A stretch of DNA of 50,345 bases from Chromera velia (lineage: Eukaryota). The stretch is from contig JAHBMJ010000331.1 in assembly GCA_018398765.1 (NCBI GenBank), positions 1 through 50,345 of the forward strand, in the 5' to 3' direction. The position numbers were made by a program, and so were the translations under genes. Below the pieces are notes generated by a model. It was not told where the DNA came from. It ran no database searches and worked only from the letters and a program-made list of their open reading frames with translations. Below, piece by piece: positions 48,751 to 50,345 of this stretch (positions are counted from its first letter, which is position 1; each line of letters starts with the position of its first letter).

Positions 48751-49347
48751 ATAAGAGAGAGCCATAGACGGGCCAGAGAGGAGGAAGACATCGAAAAAAT
48801 GCACCATGAAGGAAAGGTGAAAAGGGGAGTCAGATCAGAAGCCCATACCTACACGGCATCACTTACCCAACCACTCATTTACTTCCGCACCCAGACACCT
48901 ATCCGCTCGAGAGAGAAATACAGTACTCTCTCTCTCTCTCTTCTCACTTCTTTGTATGGGAGAGGCAGACAAGTGCCTTTTCTCTGGATCTTGTGCGGCT
49001 GCCCTTTTCTTCTTCTTCTTTGCATGCACACGTTTCCTTTTCATTCAATTTTGTCCCTCTTCATTTCTCGTATCATCGTACAAAAAAGGCGACAAGCAAA
49101 AGGAATCCCCCCCCTACCAAGAAGAGGGACAGAGACAGACTATCTATATGTTTAAACCTTCTGATCCCTCCCTAAGGAAGGACGGACCTGAAGATGATGA
49201 TGAAGATGAGGAGGCTCGGCAGAGAGACGCAGAGCTCTATGCCCCTCAGAAGGGCCCCAGTCCATGATCGCTCAGTCGAGTCTTCCAAGAAAAGGGGGAG
49301 GTCGCGATTGCGCATCTGCAGCCATGAACCCAGGCAGGCAGAAGAAA

Positions 49348-49383
<36 letters not shown>

Positions 49384-49819
49384 CACACACACACACACAC
49401 ACACACGCACGCACGCACGCACGCACGCACACACGCACACACGCACACACGCGCACACGCGCGCACACACACAGACACACACACACATGCACAGTCCTCA
49501 ACCACTTACACATAGACGCTTGCCTTCGCACTCTCTGAACACTGACTGACTGACATTTGGATGCATCCCCCAAAGATACTCGCTCCATTTGCGTTTTCTG
49601 ATGCACTGCTCTGCACTGTCTGCGTTCAATAGCGCCGCGTCCACCACCGCCCGTAGCTGTTCTTGCAGCCGCACCTTCCCCGCCTCCATGCGAAGCCACT
49701 CCTTCAGGTCTGCTCTGTCATCCCCTGCCTCCAGAGGAGACCCCCTGCCTAGTGTCCGCGTGGTGCTGCCCCCTACTCCCATCCGATAGGTCTTCGACGC
49801 TAACTGCAGACAGAAGGAG

Positions 49820-49855
<36 letters not shown>

Positions 49856-50227
49856 GCAGAGCATGTGTGTACACGCTTGTGACGTTTCACACAGAAGGCA
49901 AGACTCCTTCCCCTCCTCTCAACCACAGCGAAGGGGGGGGGGCACCCTGTCACCTCCTCTTCCCCCCCCTCCCGAAAACGAAGTGCAGTGAAACAATCTG
50001 TCTGTCTGTCTCAATCTAGCTAGCTAGCGGCATGCACCGTGTTTCGACTGGCCTCCATAAAATAGGACCTCCACTTGATGTCGGCGAAGAACTCGAAAGT
50101 CTGCAGGCCCTTCCCCTCCTGCAGGCCTCTCTTCAACAGGAGGTCCTTCTTTTCACGGGAGAGCAAATCAAGCAACTGTACAGCCGAAACGTCACCTACA
50201 CCACCGGGGGCCTGCCCGTGAATATAC
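47742..50227 (-). CDS. TMEM67: Meckelin (TMEM67/MKS3, ciliary transition-zone protein), 3' part; exons 50227-50038, 49803-49555, 49315-49188, 48286-48193, 47780-47742; 5' exons lie beyond the window
   Basis: The spliced product YIHGQAPGGVGD...LSREKKDLLLKRGL...QTFE...WGMHPN|MRNRDLPLFLED...GIE...IIIFR|YDERPVVGGAVAYLYAVFFRIARSILGRKNV|AYKCQVDERFLV* matches the meckelin C-terminus (YYIHG...KRE...RGL...QTFE...G-x-KNL-x2-K-x2-VD-x-RFL*). All introns are GT-AG and in phase. Confidence 0.9.
48340..48755. repeat. (ACAG)n, (AAAT)n and (AAAG)n microsatellites in a TMEM67 intron
   Basis: Visible tetranucleotide runs. Confidence 0.9.
49349..49488. repeat. (CA)n/(CACG)n microsatellite in a TMEM67 intron
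   Basis: Visible tandem runs. Confidence 0.95.
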
Positions 50228-50243
50228 CTGCACTCATTTCCCC

Positions 50244-50283
<40 letters not shown>

Positions 50284-50345
50284 CACACACACACGCACAC
50301 ACACACAGAGAGACGCAGGACAATGATGGACCACTTAGTGTTTTC

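Overview
Eukaryotic nuclear DNA with GC-rich exons, microsatellite-rich GT-AG introns, frequent TGCATGCA motifs and a plastid-type bipartite leader. It looks like a photosynthetic alveolate such as Chromera (inference only). About 28 kb (17235-45652, +) is one gene of roughly 30 exons encoding an apparently complete RNF213/mysterin-like giant AAA+ ATPase / E3 ligase. It has a CBM20-like N-terminus, a dynein-like AAA core, a RING and an intron-split RZ finger whose first exon is missed by the ORF track. The other genes are a 4-exon plastid-targeted lumazine synthase (12820-15425, +), the 3' five exons of meckelin/TMEM67 (47742-50227, -), an orphan gene with a PD-(D/E/Q)xK-like nuclease motif (9809-12097, -), and an intronless MYND-finger gene whose finger is split by a ~220 bp non-GT-AG insertion (2228-4243, +). 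AT-rich intergenic DNA holds a ~790 bp foldback/MITE element whose arms often differ by CpA/TpG-to-TpA changes, resembling RIP. Most short ORFs in the track are spurious products of introns and microsatellites. All alignments were made by eye.
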